A stretch of DNA of 63,760 nucleotides, counting the filler, from Hausera hauseri (lineage: Eukaryota), in NCBI GenBank assembly GCA_046269625.1. It is 11 parts of 11 records of this genome, joined end to end, with 100 filler letters (N's around TTAATTAATTAA, not from the genome) between each part and the next. Parts side by side here need not be neighbours in the genome. Positions count along the whole stretch, not along the records: positions 1 to 4,574 come from JBJURY010522459.1; positions 4,675 to 11,927 come from JBJURY010027338.1; positions 12,028 to 20,766 come from JBJURY010551006.1; 8 more parts are not named here. The stretch is one strand, 5' to 3'. Below the pieces are notes generated by a model. It saw nothing but the letters and a program-made list of their open reading frames with translations. It made no database searches and was not told where the DNA came from. Below, one piece after another: positions 1 through 12,564 of the stretch (positions are counted from its first letter, which is position 1; each line of letters starts with the position of its first letter). Both the position numbers and the translations under genes were made by a program.

Positions 1-1646
1 CACCATATTACACGTGTATGTGTATCACTTTTTCTACCCCATGACTCATCGGCGAACCACTTCGTTTCTCATTACTGGAATGGGTCTGATCTGGTGCGCT
101 CACATCTACCTACTTTTATTTTTCAATTTTTAATTATTAATTTTTTATTATTGGCCATCGATTTTGATGCCACGGACTATAATATAATATACTTTGGTAC
201 TTATTTGGTATTACTCGCTCCTTTGCTTGCTCCAATCGTCGATGAGAACTGCGTCATCATACACCTGTTTCATCATACGTTTTTTCATGCACAATTTAAT
301 TACATCATTAATTTCACATAAATGCTTTCATTGTTATACTCATTTATTTGCATCTTCAATTTTACATACATTTTCAACCTCACAAATAACAGTAAAAATA
401 AAATAATATCATATGTGTAGTGCCGCGCTCCAAGACATAGCCTTGCATTTTCGACAATCGGGTCACCGTTTGAGACAGCTAGGCTGGAACTATTTTCGTC
501 CTGTCATTTTACCTTTTGGCCTGTGTTTGATTAACAGCCGAACAGTCCATATCAGTGTCAAATAAAATCAATATTCTTATTTCGTTGTTTATCAAGCTAC
601 CAAGTATTCTATTTTTTATTTCGACCGTTTGTTTCATAATAGTTGTTGAAAAGACCAACTAAAGCATGTCGAACGCATAAAAAATACTGAATTCATCGGT
701 TTTGCATAGTCCTGCAAAACGTACGAAAGTTAACTTAAGGCCCGTAAAATTTCTGTATTTTTACTGAAAGGGATTGACATGTGTCATAAATATAAGTGAG
801 AAATTTCATTACGACAATATCTTAATGCTCATAACCAACTATCGATCTGATGTAAAACATATCTCAACAATCTTACGTTCGAATTACTCACCAATCCTGA
901 ATTTAAACGAAAATATGGTGGATATCATGAGGAATCTAGTACAGTTCAATTAAATCGTAGTAAAAATATTGGATACATCAAATGCACAATTTGTTTTGAA
1001 GATTAGCAAACAAGAATAAATTATTTAAGTCAGGAAGTCAACGTATATAATGACTGAATAGACTCCTGTGAAGAAACAAGTAGAAAAAAGCAACTAATTT
1101 TTATTGAATATATTTTTGTACAGTTTCTGTTAAAATTTAGTATTATTTTACGAATAATTTAAAATTGAAAGCAACAGAGAATGATGTCAATTATTCAGTA
1201 TCATCGAACCAGAATTATTTAAATAAATTTGTACATTATAAAAAAGTAAATTTCTCAAATGTGGAAAATATCCTATTTTTACAATTCCTCCAAACGGCGT
1301 ACCACATCAGAAATAATGGAGTCGTGGGGGTTAGTGCACGATAGTCAAATTCACCCGACCTTTTTATTTTTTTTAATATACCAAAAAAGTAATCACTCGT
1401 ATCAGTCTGACATTTTTTTACTTTAATACAATTTCCGGTATTCGTTCAGCTTTGAATGTTTCATTATAAAAGATCCACCCGTTCATTCTATTTTGACAGT
1501 TACGGGAGTCTCATAACTATTGTCGATGGTAAGTTGGAGCTCCTAACATTCCCGGTAATAATTTACCATTGTTCAAAAGTAAAATTATTCCAGAAACATC
1601 GTTACCGATAATATGTACAATATTTTTTCAACACACGCACATCTAG

Positions 1647-1965
1647 AATTGGGCGTTTACAGGATTACCCAACTTCTCCGTTGGATTCTAACATTTGTTC
1701 ATTTTGTATTTTAATTTCACATACGTTTTTTGCACATACATATTTATTCAATCAATCATTATTTTCACATACATTAATTCTCATACTGATTTTGTATGCA
1801 TAATTTAGTTTTACACATATTCACTCATATACATTTCACAACAATCCCAGCCTCACACAAATAACATAATAAACGTAAAATGGTATATACAATATATTCA
1901 ACACATACAATTGGGTGTTTACCAGATAACCCAACTTATCCTTCGGGTTCCAACATTTCCCCCTC
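1647..1965 (-). mobile_element. LTR retrotransposon 3' remnant: polypurine tract plus LTR start, with a diverged second copy of the LTR start
   Basis: The minus strand reads GAGGGGGAAA (1965-1956) then TGTTGGAACCCGAAGGATAAGTTGGGTTATCTGGTAAACACCCAATT. A similar TGTTAGAATCCAACGGAGAAGTTGGGTAATCCTGTAAACGCCCAATT begins at 1693. Confidence 0.45.
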
Positions 1966-2450
1966 ATTGACGCAATCCAGTCTAACGCTGCATCATCATC
2001 TATTCTATCTAATTCCTGGTTGATTTTACACATCTTATTTACAGACCTCATCATTATTTCTGTTTCAATTTATTAATTCAACGACACGAACCCTTCCGTC
2101 AATTCCATGAAAAATTTTCATTATTTTCCCTACAGGCCACTGTCTTCTATTGCTGTTTTTCTCTAATAACCACACTTTATCCACAACAGTTACGTTTCCC
2201 ATATCGGTCATCAATTTTGTTCTATCTCGCCATCTTACTAACAATTCTTTTCACCAACGAAACCAACACTGATCGATTAAAGCTTGTATGGACCTTCAAC
2301 GTCTACTCAATCTATCCTTGATAGTCTTCTAATATTAAAATGAAATGCTATACAAAATAAAATGCGATATCATTTCCATCTCTAGATGGTATTGTTGCTA
2401 CTGTTGTCGGGTGCTATTATGATAATTTTATTGTAAGATAAAAATACACA

Positions 2451-3732
2451 CTACTGTGATCAAATATGAGTAAGACTTCCAAATATCGAATCGATATATT
2501 TTTCAGTTGGTAGTATTGCCATTGTCATCTATGTAAAATTTCGTGCCATTGTGTTCATTGGTTAAATAGTTATGCTTGTGCTTTGTGAACAGCCAAAAGT
2601 GAATTCATCAATTTTTAAAATATCTCAAATTATTCAACAAAGAAACATTAAATTTTGTGCGCGGAATGAAATTTGTCTCAGAAACGTTCAACATGCTGCA
2701 AAAGGAGTTTGGTGACAATTCTGTGTCAAGAGCAAGTGTTTTTGATTGGTATAAGTTATTCAAAGACGGTCGAGAACGCGTTGAAGATGAACCACATCCA
2801 AGACGACCAAGAACATCTACTGATAAACAACACATCAATGAAATCAAAGATTTGGTGCTCGAAAATCGTCGATTGACAATTAGAGACATTGCTGATGCTG
2901 TTGGTATTTCATTTGGATCGGTCCAAGCAATTTTGAAAGACCACCTGAACCTTAAACGCGTCAAATCTTGATTGGTTCCAAAAACATTAGATTTCTTTGA
3001 TAAAGAGCGTCGTGTTAATATCTGTAAAGAGATGTTGTCTGACTATGAACCAGTCATAAAACGCATTATTACGGGAGATGAGACTTTGATCTATGTCTAC
3101 GATCTAAAAACAACTGATCAATCGAGCGAATATCGTGCCAAAGATCAAGCAAGACCGAAAAGATTACGCAAAAGTCGTTCAAAAATCAAGGTCATGTTAA
3201 AAGTTTTCTTCGATTATCGTGGTACTATGCATTCAGAATTATTTCCATCTGGCCAAACTGTTAATATGGAATATTATTTGAATGTTATGCGTCGTTTGCG
3301 TGAAGCTATTCGCCTCAAGAGGCAGGAATTGCGGCGAAACAACTCTTGGTTTTTGCATCATGATAATTCACCTTCTCACACTGCATTGGTTCTTCATGAC
3401 TTTTTCGCCAAAAACTCGACCCATATCATTCCACAACCACCGTATTCGCCTGATTTAGCACCGTGTGACTTTTGGCTATTCCCAAAACTTAAGAGATCGC
3501 TCTGGGAACACCGTTTTGACTCGATTGAGAAGATACAAACCGAATCGAAGAAGGCACTGAAAGCCATTCCGGAATTTGAATTTAGCAAGTATTTTGAGGA
3601 TGGGAAAAAACGTTGACATAAGTGTATTGTGTCGGATGGGGATTATTTTGAAGGCGATGAAATAGATTTAGAAGAATAAATAAGGATTTAAAAAATTATA
3701 ACCAAAGTTTTACTCATATTTGATCACAGTAG
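2451..3732 (+). mobile_element. Tc1/mariner (DD34D) transposon, full length, inactive
   Basis: TIRs CTACTGTGATCAAATATGAGTAA(G/A)ACTT at 2451 and inverted ending 3732. The right flank is TA and the left flank is CA. Length 1282 bp. Confidence 0.95.
2608..3681 (+). pseudogene. Mariner transposase pseudogene
   Basis: HTH region (WYKLFKDGRERVEDEPH..RP, RRLTIRDIA) and catalytic motifs TGDET, HHDN(S)PSH, YSPDLAPCDF. In-frame TGA stops at about 2969 and 3614. Confidence 0.93.
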
Positions 3733-4574
3733 TATCATGTCTTTTGTATCTCTTGAAGACAGTCTACAATTTATTGAATTGTATTGTGGATATGGAGGAA
3801 AGAAAACATTTGGGACTTTGTCTCCATAGTAGCAAGGTTCTGTTCAACGTTTATATATGATTAGGAGGCCATCCGTACCTGTATTTCGAGACTTATCAGG
3901 ATAAGTTGAAACTCTTTGACTCTCTATCACTAGAATGGACGCTCTTTCATTAGGATAATGGAGCCCCATGTCATTTGGGCAAAGGTTACTTTACAGTGGC
4001 TTATACTAGGGTTTCCAGCCCGGGTAACCGGAAAACTTCCATTTTTATTAAATTTTAATAGCCTTGGAAAACCTGGACTGACAAAGCTTAACTCAGGGGG
4101 GCCCGATTTCTTTTATTATTTAATTAGACATGCAATTAACGAACATGTTAAATACATACGGAACTATCGAATATGTACAATACCATTCATATGCACTGGA
4201 CACAATAACTATTTGGAAAATAAATAATTTTTCTTATCTTAGAAGCAATATGGCGAAGAAAGTTTTATCGAAAATTCGTATACGATTTTTGTTCGATTTG
4301 AACTAGTCGAAGCTGAATGAATATTGTGCCTCAATAGTTAAATGGATGCTTTTTAAATTTTTTAAATAAATTTGTGAGACGGCCAGTTTTTTATGTTCTC
4401 AGAAAATATTATTAAAATTCCACTGGTATATTCAGAATTATTACCAACAATTAAATAAGAAACATCGGATAATTTTTTATTAACGAGCTTGAAATGGCTC
4501 CTTATTTTCTTCACGCAACTGAAATTTAATTAATATATTTTCTGCTTCTGATTGTGATTAGTTACACTTTATGA

Positions 4575-4674
4575 NNNNNNNNNNNNNNNNNNNNNNNNNN
4601 NNNNNNNNNNNNNNNNNNTTAATTAATTAANNNNNNNNNNNNNNNNNNNNNNNNNNNNNNNNNNNNNNNNNNNN
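4575..4674. other. Artificial contig-joining linker (first of ten)
   Basis: N44-TTAATTAATTAA-N44, with stops in all six frames. The same linker occurs at 11928-12027, 20767-20866, 27666-27765, 31925-32024, 35979-36078, 41775-41874, 49590-49689, 53784-53883 and 59650-59749. Confidence 0.98.
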
Positions 4675-4703
4675 ATTTATATATGTGTGTGATTATAAAC
4701 AAA

Positions 4704-5340
4704 ATGTACGAGAAATGCATCACCAACGACACGAAGCTCCAGAATAATGCAATTTTCCAGATTTTAGGCCCCAATGTAAGTGGAAAAACGCACTTTGTGT
4801 GTTAATTATTTCAGACCTACCGTGACGTGTTCCATTCACTGCCGTACAATCACATTCACTGGCATTAGGATGTTGGTGATGATGGTGAGTCCGGTTTGAC
4901 ACATCGTGAATTTTGTAAACTAAAATCGATAACTGTAATTGATGGATTTGATGAGAACTGGTCAGAAATTACGCAACGGTGACGTTATTGTCATCGACGA
5001 TTTATTTCTGGAAGTCACGAAACAATCGGACTTCAACAACCTGTTCACGAAGATTACACGACACCGCGGTGTGACGATTATTTTCATTTTACAAAACATG
5101 TTCCATCAAGACGGACATCATTGAATAAGAAATATGAACGTACACTATTTGGTGTTGTTCAAAAATCCCCGTGATCAGACTATCATTTATTATGTTGCAC
5201 GACAAACATTTCCTCACAAGCGAGCCTACTTGATAGATGCATATCAGAATGCTACAACCGATCCACACGGATACTTGTTTATTGACCTTACACAACATTG
5301 TCTCGATGGCATGCGTGTATGAACAGACATTTTCAATCAG
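4704..5340 (+). pseudogene. Polinton A32/FtsK-like DNA packaging ATPase
   Basis: Walker A ILGPNVSGKT (4761), Walker B VIVIDDL, then RHRGVTIIFILQN, N..YLVLFKNPRD and PHGYLFIDL. Frameshifts and stops are present. Confidence 0.88.
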
Positions 5341-5604
5341 AAAGATGAATGTGCCTATAAACAAAATCGAAAATCAACAACATGATTATCATGAAAATGA
5401 AGAATTTCCGAAAAACAATTGTTAAATGTAAACCTACCAAGCAGGTGTCCGACAAAAAACGTATATTAAAAGGAACTGCTACAGTTAAGCGATTAATTAA
5501 TTCTGTGATTCGAACAACAAAAGCAGCAACTAGACGCAAATTACCGTCACAGTGGCAACGGTTGTAAACAACTACGTCTCATTAGCATCAATACGTCCAA
5601 AAAC

Positions 5605-5931
5605 ATGCAATTCAAACGTAGTCAGCCTTACTTTATTGCTTTGCTCAGGGCACCTATCAGACATAAGCGAAACATGCTGCGATCATTCCCGCAATTTGTA
5701 GCAGACGATTTGATAAAAATTTTATACAATATCGTTGTGGGTCACGTTGACATTTGTAATGGAAAGCGGAATTTACTAAAGTATCGAAAACGACTCATTG
5801 GCCTTGCCAACGTCCGTAGTAAACAACTGAAACGAGATGTCATGTTCCAGCAAGATGAAGGATTCCTTGGTGCAATTCTACCGATTGTCATGTCATTACT
5901 TGGTGGACTCATTGGTTCTTCAGCAGCATAA
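5605..5931 (+). CDS. Polinton small conserved virion protein with C-terminal amphipathic tail
   Basis: 108-aa basic ORF ending QQDEG-FLGAILPIVMSLLGGLIG, located between the ATPase and integrase. Confidence 0.65.
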   Translation: MQFKRSQPYFIALLRAPIRHKRNMLRSFPQFVADDLIKILYNIVVGHVDICNGKRNLLKYRKRLIGLANVRSKQLKRDVMFQQDEGFLGAILPIVMSLLGGLIGSSAA

Positions 5932-6075
5932 TATAAACAACGACGGTAAGTATATGATGATTGGGCGATATGGGTGCATAGTTTTCATCATTTTGCACCA
6001 GTTTACCGAATCTATCATGAAAGTTTCGTTCAAATTGTTGTAATGCAAACAAAACCGGCACCATCAACGACAACG

Positions 6076-7110
6076 ATGGGCCACGTGTGGTTCGACCCGT
6101 GTCATCCTGTCGGGTATACTGGCGTCGACAAACTGGAAAAGACTGTCAAACAGACTCGGCAACAGATCCAACGTTTGATCGGGAAACAGTTAGCATACAG
6201 CCTAAACAAACCGATAAGAATGCGGTTTTCAACTAGTGCATACCGTGCTGCCGGTGTAAATAATGTATGGCAAATGGATCTGGTAAAAATTATTTCGTAC
6301 GCCAGCATCAACGATGGGTATCGTTACGTGCTGATGTGCGTTTTTGTGCTTAGTTGTTTTGCACGTGCAATTGCCGTGAAATCTAAATCCGGTAGAGATT
6401 GCAGACGCTGTTTAGACACTGATGCTACAACAACAGAAACAACAGTCGAAGCATTTACAAACGTATTTGAGTAAGGAATTCTACAACGCCTATGTTGCAA
6501 CGGTCTTAAAAAGGTTCGGCGTAAACTACTACTCGGTATTTTCCAAATACAAGGCTGCACTCGTTGAACGATTAAACGAACATTGCGCGGTCGCATAAAC
6601 AACTTCATTACGAAGCAAGGAAACAAACGCTGGATAGATGTACTGCCGGATATTATTCATGCATACAATCATTCGAAACATCGTGGCATCAATGGATTAC
6701 GGCCGGTTGACGTTATCGATGGTTTGAACATGTGGCTTCATATAAACCGAACACAACAACAGAGAATTAAATGCCCAAAATATAAAATCGGTGCTTACGT
6801 ATGTATTTTGAAAATAAGTACGACGCTACTCATTAAGAATTTCAATAAGAACTGGAGCGACGAGGTTTCCCGCATTTCGGCAATTAACACAAAACAAACA
6901 TCTGTCATGTACGTTTTAGAGGACGAAAACGGTGAGTAAGTACGCGCTAATTTCTACGAACGGGAACTGCAGGTACTGCTCGGGAAATCCCATGTATATC
7001 GTATTCAGGAAATTCTACGTTCACGTGGCAAAGGTTCGAATAAACAATATCTCGTCAAGTGGCACGGATACACTACACAGAGTTGGATATTTGCACCACA
7101 GAGTGAGTTA
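6076..7110 (+). pseudogene. Polinton retroviral-type (rve) integrase with C-terminal chromodomain
   Basis: WQMDL, YRYVLMCV.VLS.FA.A..VKSK, ER..RTL, RWIDVLPDII.AYN.S.HR.I, KNWS.E. The chromodomain reads YRIQEILRSRGKGSNKQYLVKWHGY..SWI. Several frameshifts. Confidence 0.9.
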
Positions 7111-8156
7111 TGAGCATTTATTTGGTATTTGATAGTAACAGATTATCAGAACATGAAAACAACAACAATACCGCTGAAAGGTTTACCATTGTGTTGGTCC
7201 AACCATTCAAGTTACGCCAGGAAGCCTGAGAAGTGGCTTTGGCGGAATTCACATTTAAAATTTCACCAATATCAATGTGTGAGAACAGTAAAATATACTA
7301 TACTCTACTAAGACAATCTCCTGCATCTAGTCGTTTGCAGTTAGTCCGAGACTCTAATGAAATATTTCACGTTCGCAATTACAAACGACAATATTTCCGG
7401 GTTTATATTTTTCATTTAAACAATCAATTGGTGCTAAAACACAAACAACAGATTGAATTGCAATTTAAATCACTAGCCGACACTCAGGCATGGGGTTTTC
7501 AATCTGTCAATTTGCGCTCGAAAGGTCTAGAGCTCGGTGGACATAGTATAATTAGTGAAAAATTGAACTTTTCCGAAAACACCATGAAAACTACCGATAA
7601 TACAGTGAATTAGCAAAAGACTGAATCATTCTTTTACTCTCATACAAGAGGAACTGGTTTTCTTACGGAAACGGAAGCAGAATTGTGCGCAAATATCAAG
7701 GCAGTAGCTAAATTGGCTCTCAATACATTTGAGTTAAACTTTGATGGTCGTATTTACTTTACACTACATGATAATGTTACATATTTTGCCTTTGATGAAC
7801 TATTAGAACGGAATCTGGGTTTTAAGAAACGAGAATTCCGTCAAACCGGTGGCGGGCGGCCAATTGTTGCTAAACAAAAACCACGTGTCTACGAAGCATT
7901 TCATCGAATCAATATTTTAACCTATCTAACTGAACCCGTATATGCTGGCGGAGACCGTAAACAACTATCGGCTTCTATTGTACTGGATTCGGACACATCC
8001 AAAATATCGGGCGAAACTGCTCACGTAAATATCATCCGGCCCATGCATTTATCATTGTCTCACAATTTTGTGCACAGTATTTCCGTCTATGTAGTAGACG
8101 AATTTTGGAAACCCATTAAATTTCTGTTTGGAGCCAAGACATATTTGATGCTATAA
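7110..8156 (+). pseudogene. Polinton minor capsid protein (penton), paralog 1
   Basis: N-terminal MSIYLVFDSN...EVALAEFTF. C-terminal LTEPVYAGG..QL, RPMHLSL...ISVYVVDEF.KPIKF. Confidence 0.72.
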
Positions 8157-8229
8157 TTTTTGTCGTCATCGTCGATAATAAACAAACTGTGTCATTATTA
8201 TCATTCTCATCATCATCATCATCGAGATC

Positions 8230-9348
8230 ATTAGTATTTACGTGGCGTTTCTAAGCAACAGTTGCCCGACGACTCGTCCGAACAATTCAGCCAGTGAATA
8301 CGTTACATATTGGAACAATCCTTTGGATTCATCTAGAAAATGGGAGGTTGCACTTACGGAATTTAACTTCCCCTACGAACCGGTGACATTGAAAGGTAGT
8401 ATGAAAATAACGTACAGCAAGTCTGCGACTGAAACAAAAACACATTCTTGTCCTTTGACAGTTACTAACAATAAAATAACAAATGCAGAATCGGCCATTT
8501 GCATAACCAACACAAATTACGATTCATACGGCAAGATCGGTGTTTTTATTTTAGGGGAAAACTTAGATTTTGTGGCAACTTTTGAATTTACTGTCACCTT
8601 TGAGTCCTCTGATGTGGCACAAAACTTTGGATTCAAAAATATAGAGCACAAAGGTAAACATATAAAAAGTGAATATGCATTTGCACCAAAATGAAGTCCC
8701 GTACATTACCAGACAACGGTGAAATATACCTATACAGCACAAAGGGTGTCAACACCATGCGTATTGATTGAAGACAATACCTGTTGCAAATCTGTATCCC
8801 GTCTCTGTCAACACTTTTTAAACCAAAAGTACAAGGTGATATTTAATGTTTTCGAGTCAGGTGCAAATGGATACATTAAATTTGAATTGGCTTAGGATAT
8901 TGTCGACATTTCATTGGACAAAGCTTTGGCCATGCTATTTGGTTTTGAAAAACAGCGGTTTGAGGCATCGACAAATACGAACACGGCGGTGGCATATGCT
9001 GCAACGCTTAAACCCAAATGAAAAACTGGTCTAAGTCAAATGTACATTTACGTGCATGTCACCGAACCTATTTTGGTCGGTGGAGTACGTGTACCGCTAC
9101 TCCGTGCAATTTATCCCGAAAGTAGCAAGTATACTGCTGGCGACAATGTCACTGTCAAGCTCGATAATCCAATGTACCTACTTGTGGCATCTACATCTAT
9201 AAACAATGTTGAAGTAAATGTCAGATGTGACGCGGGATACCTTATTGAATTTCCGTACGGTACCACAACCAGTCTAATTCTTCATTTCCGTCGAATCCAA
9301 CAACAACAAAAACATGATGGATTCCGAAATCGTTTCCATTTACAGTAA
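8230..9348 (+). pseudogene. Polinton minor capsid protein (penton), paralog 2
   Basis: FLSNSC...NSASEY...PL....WEVALTEF. C-terminal MYIYVHVTEPILVGGVRVPLLR...NPMY....INNVEVNVRCDAG..I.F..G.TSLILHFRR. Confidence 0.82.
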
Positions 9349-9673
9349 ACCGCAGCATGGTAGTAAACTGCCGTATTTTGTTGGTAAACAGTATGGCTCT
9401 GGATGGTTGCGTACACTGGCACGTTTAACATTTTCAGTGTTGAAGCGTATTGGAGTCGTGGCAGCAGAAACCGCACAGGATGTACTATATGAAAACAAAT
9501 CGACTTTCGCATCACTGAAGAAACATGCCTTGTTAGAAATAAAAAGCACTGCACCGGGAGTCGTTGAATCAGTCAAAAAACAATTCGCTGGCAATGGCTT
9601 GAGAAAACGCCGTAGAGCATCATCGAGCTCATCAACTATAAATAAACGTCGTTGTCTCACGATTTTCGATTGA
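9314..9673 (+). CDS. Polinton basic core-like protein (adenain-substrate type)
   Basis: QHGSKLPYFVGKQYGSG motif, QFAGNG, and an Arg/Lys-rich C-terminus ending IFD. Lies immediately upstream of the major capsid gene. Confidence 0.7.
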   Translation: MMDSEIVSIYSKPQHGSKLPYFVGKQYGSGWLRTLARLTFSVLKRIGVVAAETAQDVLYENKSTFASLKKHALLEIKSTAPGVVESVKKQFAGNGLRKRRRASSSSSTINKRRCLTIFD

Positions 9674-9684
9674 TTGATAGACAA

Positions 9685-10917
9685 ATGGCATCTACAAAAT
9701 CTGAATTGCTTATATTTGACAAAGCCGCACCATAAGTTGTTATTTACAATGTAGCATTTAAAGAAATCTACCCCTTTGATTCTGTTTCAACGAGCGATAA
9801 CATTGGCATTCAATTCAACATTATGGTATCGGACAATGAATATCACGATTTTATCGATACACTACTTTATGAAAAAGTCACTGTTAAAAAGGATGAATCA
9901 ACGGTTCTCGGTGCAACAGGCACTGTCACATCGGCTATTTATTTTTTCCTCACAATGTTCCAGGAAGCTTCACTGTCTTTAAACAGCGTCAAAATTGAAG
10001 GCAACACCGGTCTATACAGTATCGAAGCACCCATTGAAACAGCTCTGAATTACAGTACTAACACGAAAACGACTCATTTGACAAAAACCATCGGATATGA
10101 CGCCACTGCAGCAAACCGTCAGGTATGGGTGGCAGAATCAAAAGATCTTACAATACGTGGACCGCTGTACTTTGACTTTTTCGATCAGTCGAAATACCTA
10201 CTGCCCGGTGTTAAAGCATGATTTGGCTCAGATTCAGCGACAATGTCTTTTGTTTGAAAACTGCAGTTACAAATCTCAAACCCATACTGAAAATTACCGA
10301 GGCACGAGTATACGTACGTCGTGTAAAGGTAGAACCATCTATGCTAATGGGACATCGATTGGGCTTGGAAACACAAAATGCCTGTTATCCATTAAAACGC
10401 ATAGAACTCGTGTTTTACACTATATCCCAAGGTTCAACTACGTTTCACAAAAAGTCACTGTTTGACGACATGCGATTGCCGAAATTTGTGCTTGTTACAT
10501 TTCAAACGACCGTTCCACAAACGGGCAGTTATACCACCGATACGGAAACGTTCATCCATAGCAATGTAAATTACATCAGTTTGGGTAAAAATGAGGATTT
10601 CGTTGAGACATACGAGCAAGATTTTGAGACCGGCGATTATGTTTGCACATATATGCAATCTATCGTGCGCAACATGGGTTTACTGAACAAAAATGTTAAC
10701 AATGGCACATCGATGAATTTGTTCAAGTCCACCTATCCATTCTTCACCTTTGTCCTGGCTCTATATGATGACATTGAACAAATTCAACTATCTCAGCAGG
10801 GAAACCTACGACGGGATGTTCACTTTGGTAGTGTTGGAGCAATCTACCGTGATGTACATTTACGGTGTATTTAATGCCGAGGTTAAAATAACGAAAAACG
10901 GAACCGTCATTGTATAA
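9685..10917 (+). pseudogene. Polinton major capsid protein (double jelly-roll, hexon-like)
   Basis: Starts MASTKSELLIFD, then GPLYFDFFDQSKYLLPGV, LKITEARVYVRRVKV, A.YPL.R, LPKFVLV, QGNLR.DV.F and YGVFNAEVKI. Stops and frameshifts are present. Confidence 0.88.
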
Positions 10918-10967
10918 ATAAAATCCGCTGTGTCTCACCTTTTTGTTGTACTATGAAGTAATTTATT

Positions 10968-11366
10968 TTGACAACTACTACTATTGTGCTTAAATCACAT
11001 TTTACATTTAGCTCAACTGAGTTCAGTCAGTACGGAAAACTGCTCTTGGACGCGAAATTTCGTGGCATGTTTCCACTGGACTGTGTGCATCGTGATTTAC
11101 GACAAACTGGCGGCTTCACTGTCAATACACATACTTTGTCGTTACCTAGAAAACATTGGATTGCTGTGTACGTCCATCCGACCAACGTCGTCAGAGTATT
11201 CCATCCGCTTGGATTTTACTATCCGTTATCGTTAGTTTCTCAAATTGAAAGATAATCATTATCATCATACCATGTTGAATATAATATACTTCATTATTAA
11301 TATCCAATGACTATACTGTGTGGCCATTGATGCTTATTGTGGATTACATTACAATCAGTTTTATAA
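10968..11366 (+). pseudogene. Polinton adenain-like cysteine protease
   Basis: FRGMFPLD, VNTH....KHWIAVY, F(H)PLG and a downstream LCGH*C catalytic-Cys region interrupted by stops. Confidence 0.85.
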
Positions 11367-12564
11367 AATATATTTTATTTTGTTGCTGCTTTTGGTTTCT
11401 GTGTGTATGTGCAGTGAAATTCCGTTTTGTAAGCAAAAAACATAAAACTTGATTTTTAGAGCAATGATGATGATGATGATAATGATTTTCAACGACGATT
11501 TTCACAGACTTACAATCGTCTGATCGTGAGGAGGCAATAATATGAAATGCTCAACTATCGATGGGCTACGTTCTCAACACATTTCCACCACCGACTGACT
11601 TGTGCATGGGGAAATTTTGCCCATTTGAAATTTTCCCATCGAATTTTCCCCATGTCCCACCGTCCGACAACGTTGCAGCCGTGTCCACTGCAACCGCCAA
11701 TATCGGTTTACCCCTTGTAAGCATTTTCTGAGTGCTAGCAACATGTTTCCCGTTATACGTGAAACATTTCCTGTTTTGCTTCTTCCTCTTCTAGCGCCTC
11801 TCCCTTACATTTTAGTTATACCCCACATATATTAACTTTTGCTTACCTCGTCACGCGCTATCGATATCACTTTGTCCAAAGTTCATGCTCGACTTCCTTT
11901 TCGGCCGAGGGGTCCTGCGAAATTTTTNNNNNNNNNNNNNNNNNNNNNNNNNNNNNNNNNNNNNNNNNNNNTTAATTAATTAANNNNNNNNNNNNNNNNN
12001 NNNNNNNNNNNNNNNNNNNNNNNNNNNATACATACAAAAATTTTTACACAGTTTATACAAATTTTGCGCAAAACTTAGACAAAAATTAAATTTGGTCGTT
12101 TGGGAGATAATTTATAATCACCAAATATAACATGCGTGGTATTATCAATTAATTTTCGTTGCTTTTAACAATTATTAGCATAAAACTTTCGTGTTTAATA
12201 AATAGAAGCTGTTATGAAAAAAGAAGACCACGTCATGCAAATAAATCAAACAAATTTGAACCACTTTATTTCATTTTGAGCTGCTGAGAGCAGTCAACAC
12301 AAACTACGTTAACAAAAAGGAATAGTATCAAATCATTAAATACCTATTATATTACAAAAAGATCCAAATTACGATCCCGACAGCGAATACAAATAAATAG
12401 TTTATTTGCAATTTACAACATAAACTTCCACGAGGATAAAAATATAAGAATAATAATCTAGATCAGTGGAAAACAACTGGTTGCAGAATTTAATGTAATT
12501 AGATTTATGTACATATCGTATCTTTTGTACAGAATTTATACAATCTGAAAAGAAAAGAAAAATA

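Larger units (their letters stand above)
4675..11927 (+). mobile_element. Polinton/Maverick (adintovirus-like) endogenous element, morphogenetic and integrase module, degenerate
   Basis: Co-oriented packaging ATPase, small ORF, rve integrase with chromodomain, two minor capsid genes, basic core-like ORF, major capsid and adenain-like protease. The order is typical of Mavericks. pPolB and TIRs are not on this contig. Confidence 0.92.

Noticed and set aside
4575-4674. TTAATTAATTAA palindrome recurring ten times
   Set aside because: It is an assembly linker flanked by Ns. Gene neighbourhoods across these gaps, such as Gypsy copies A and B forming one element, cannot be inferred.
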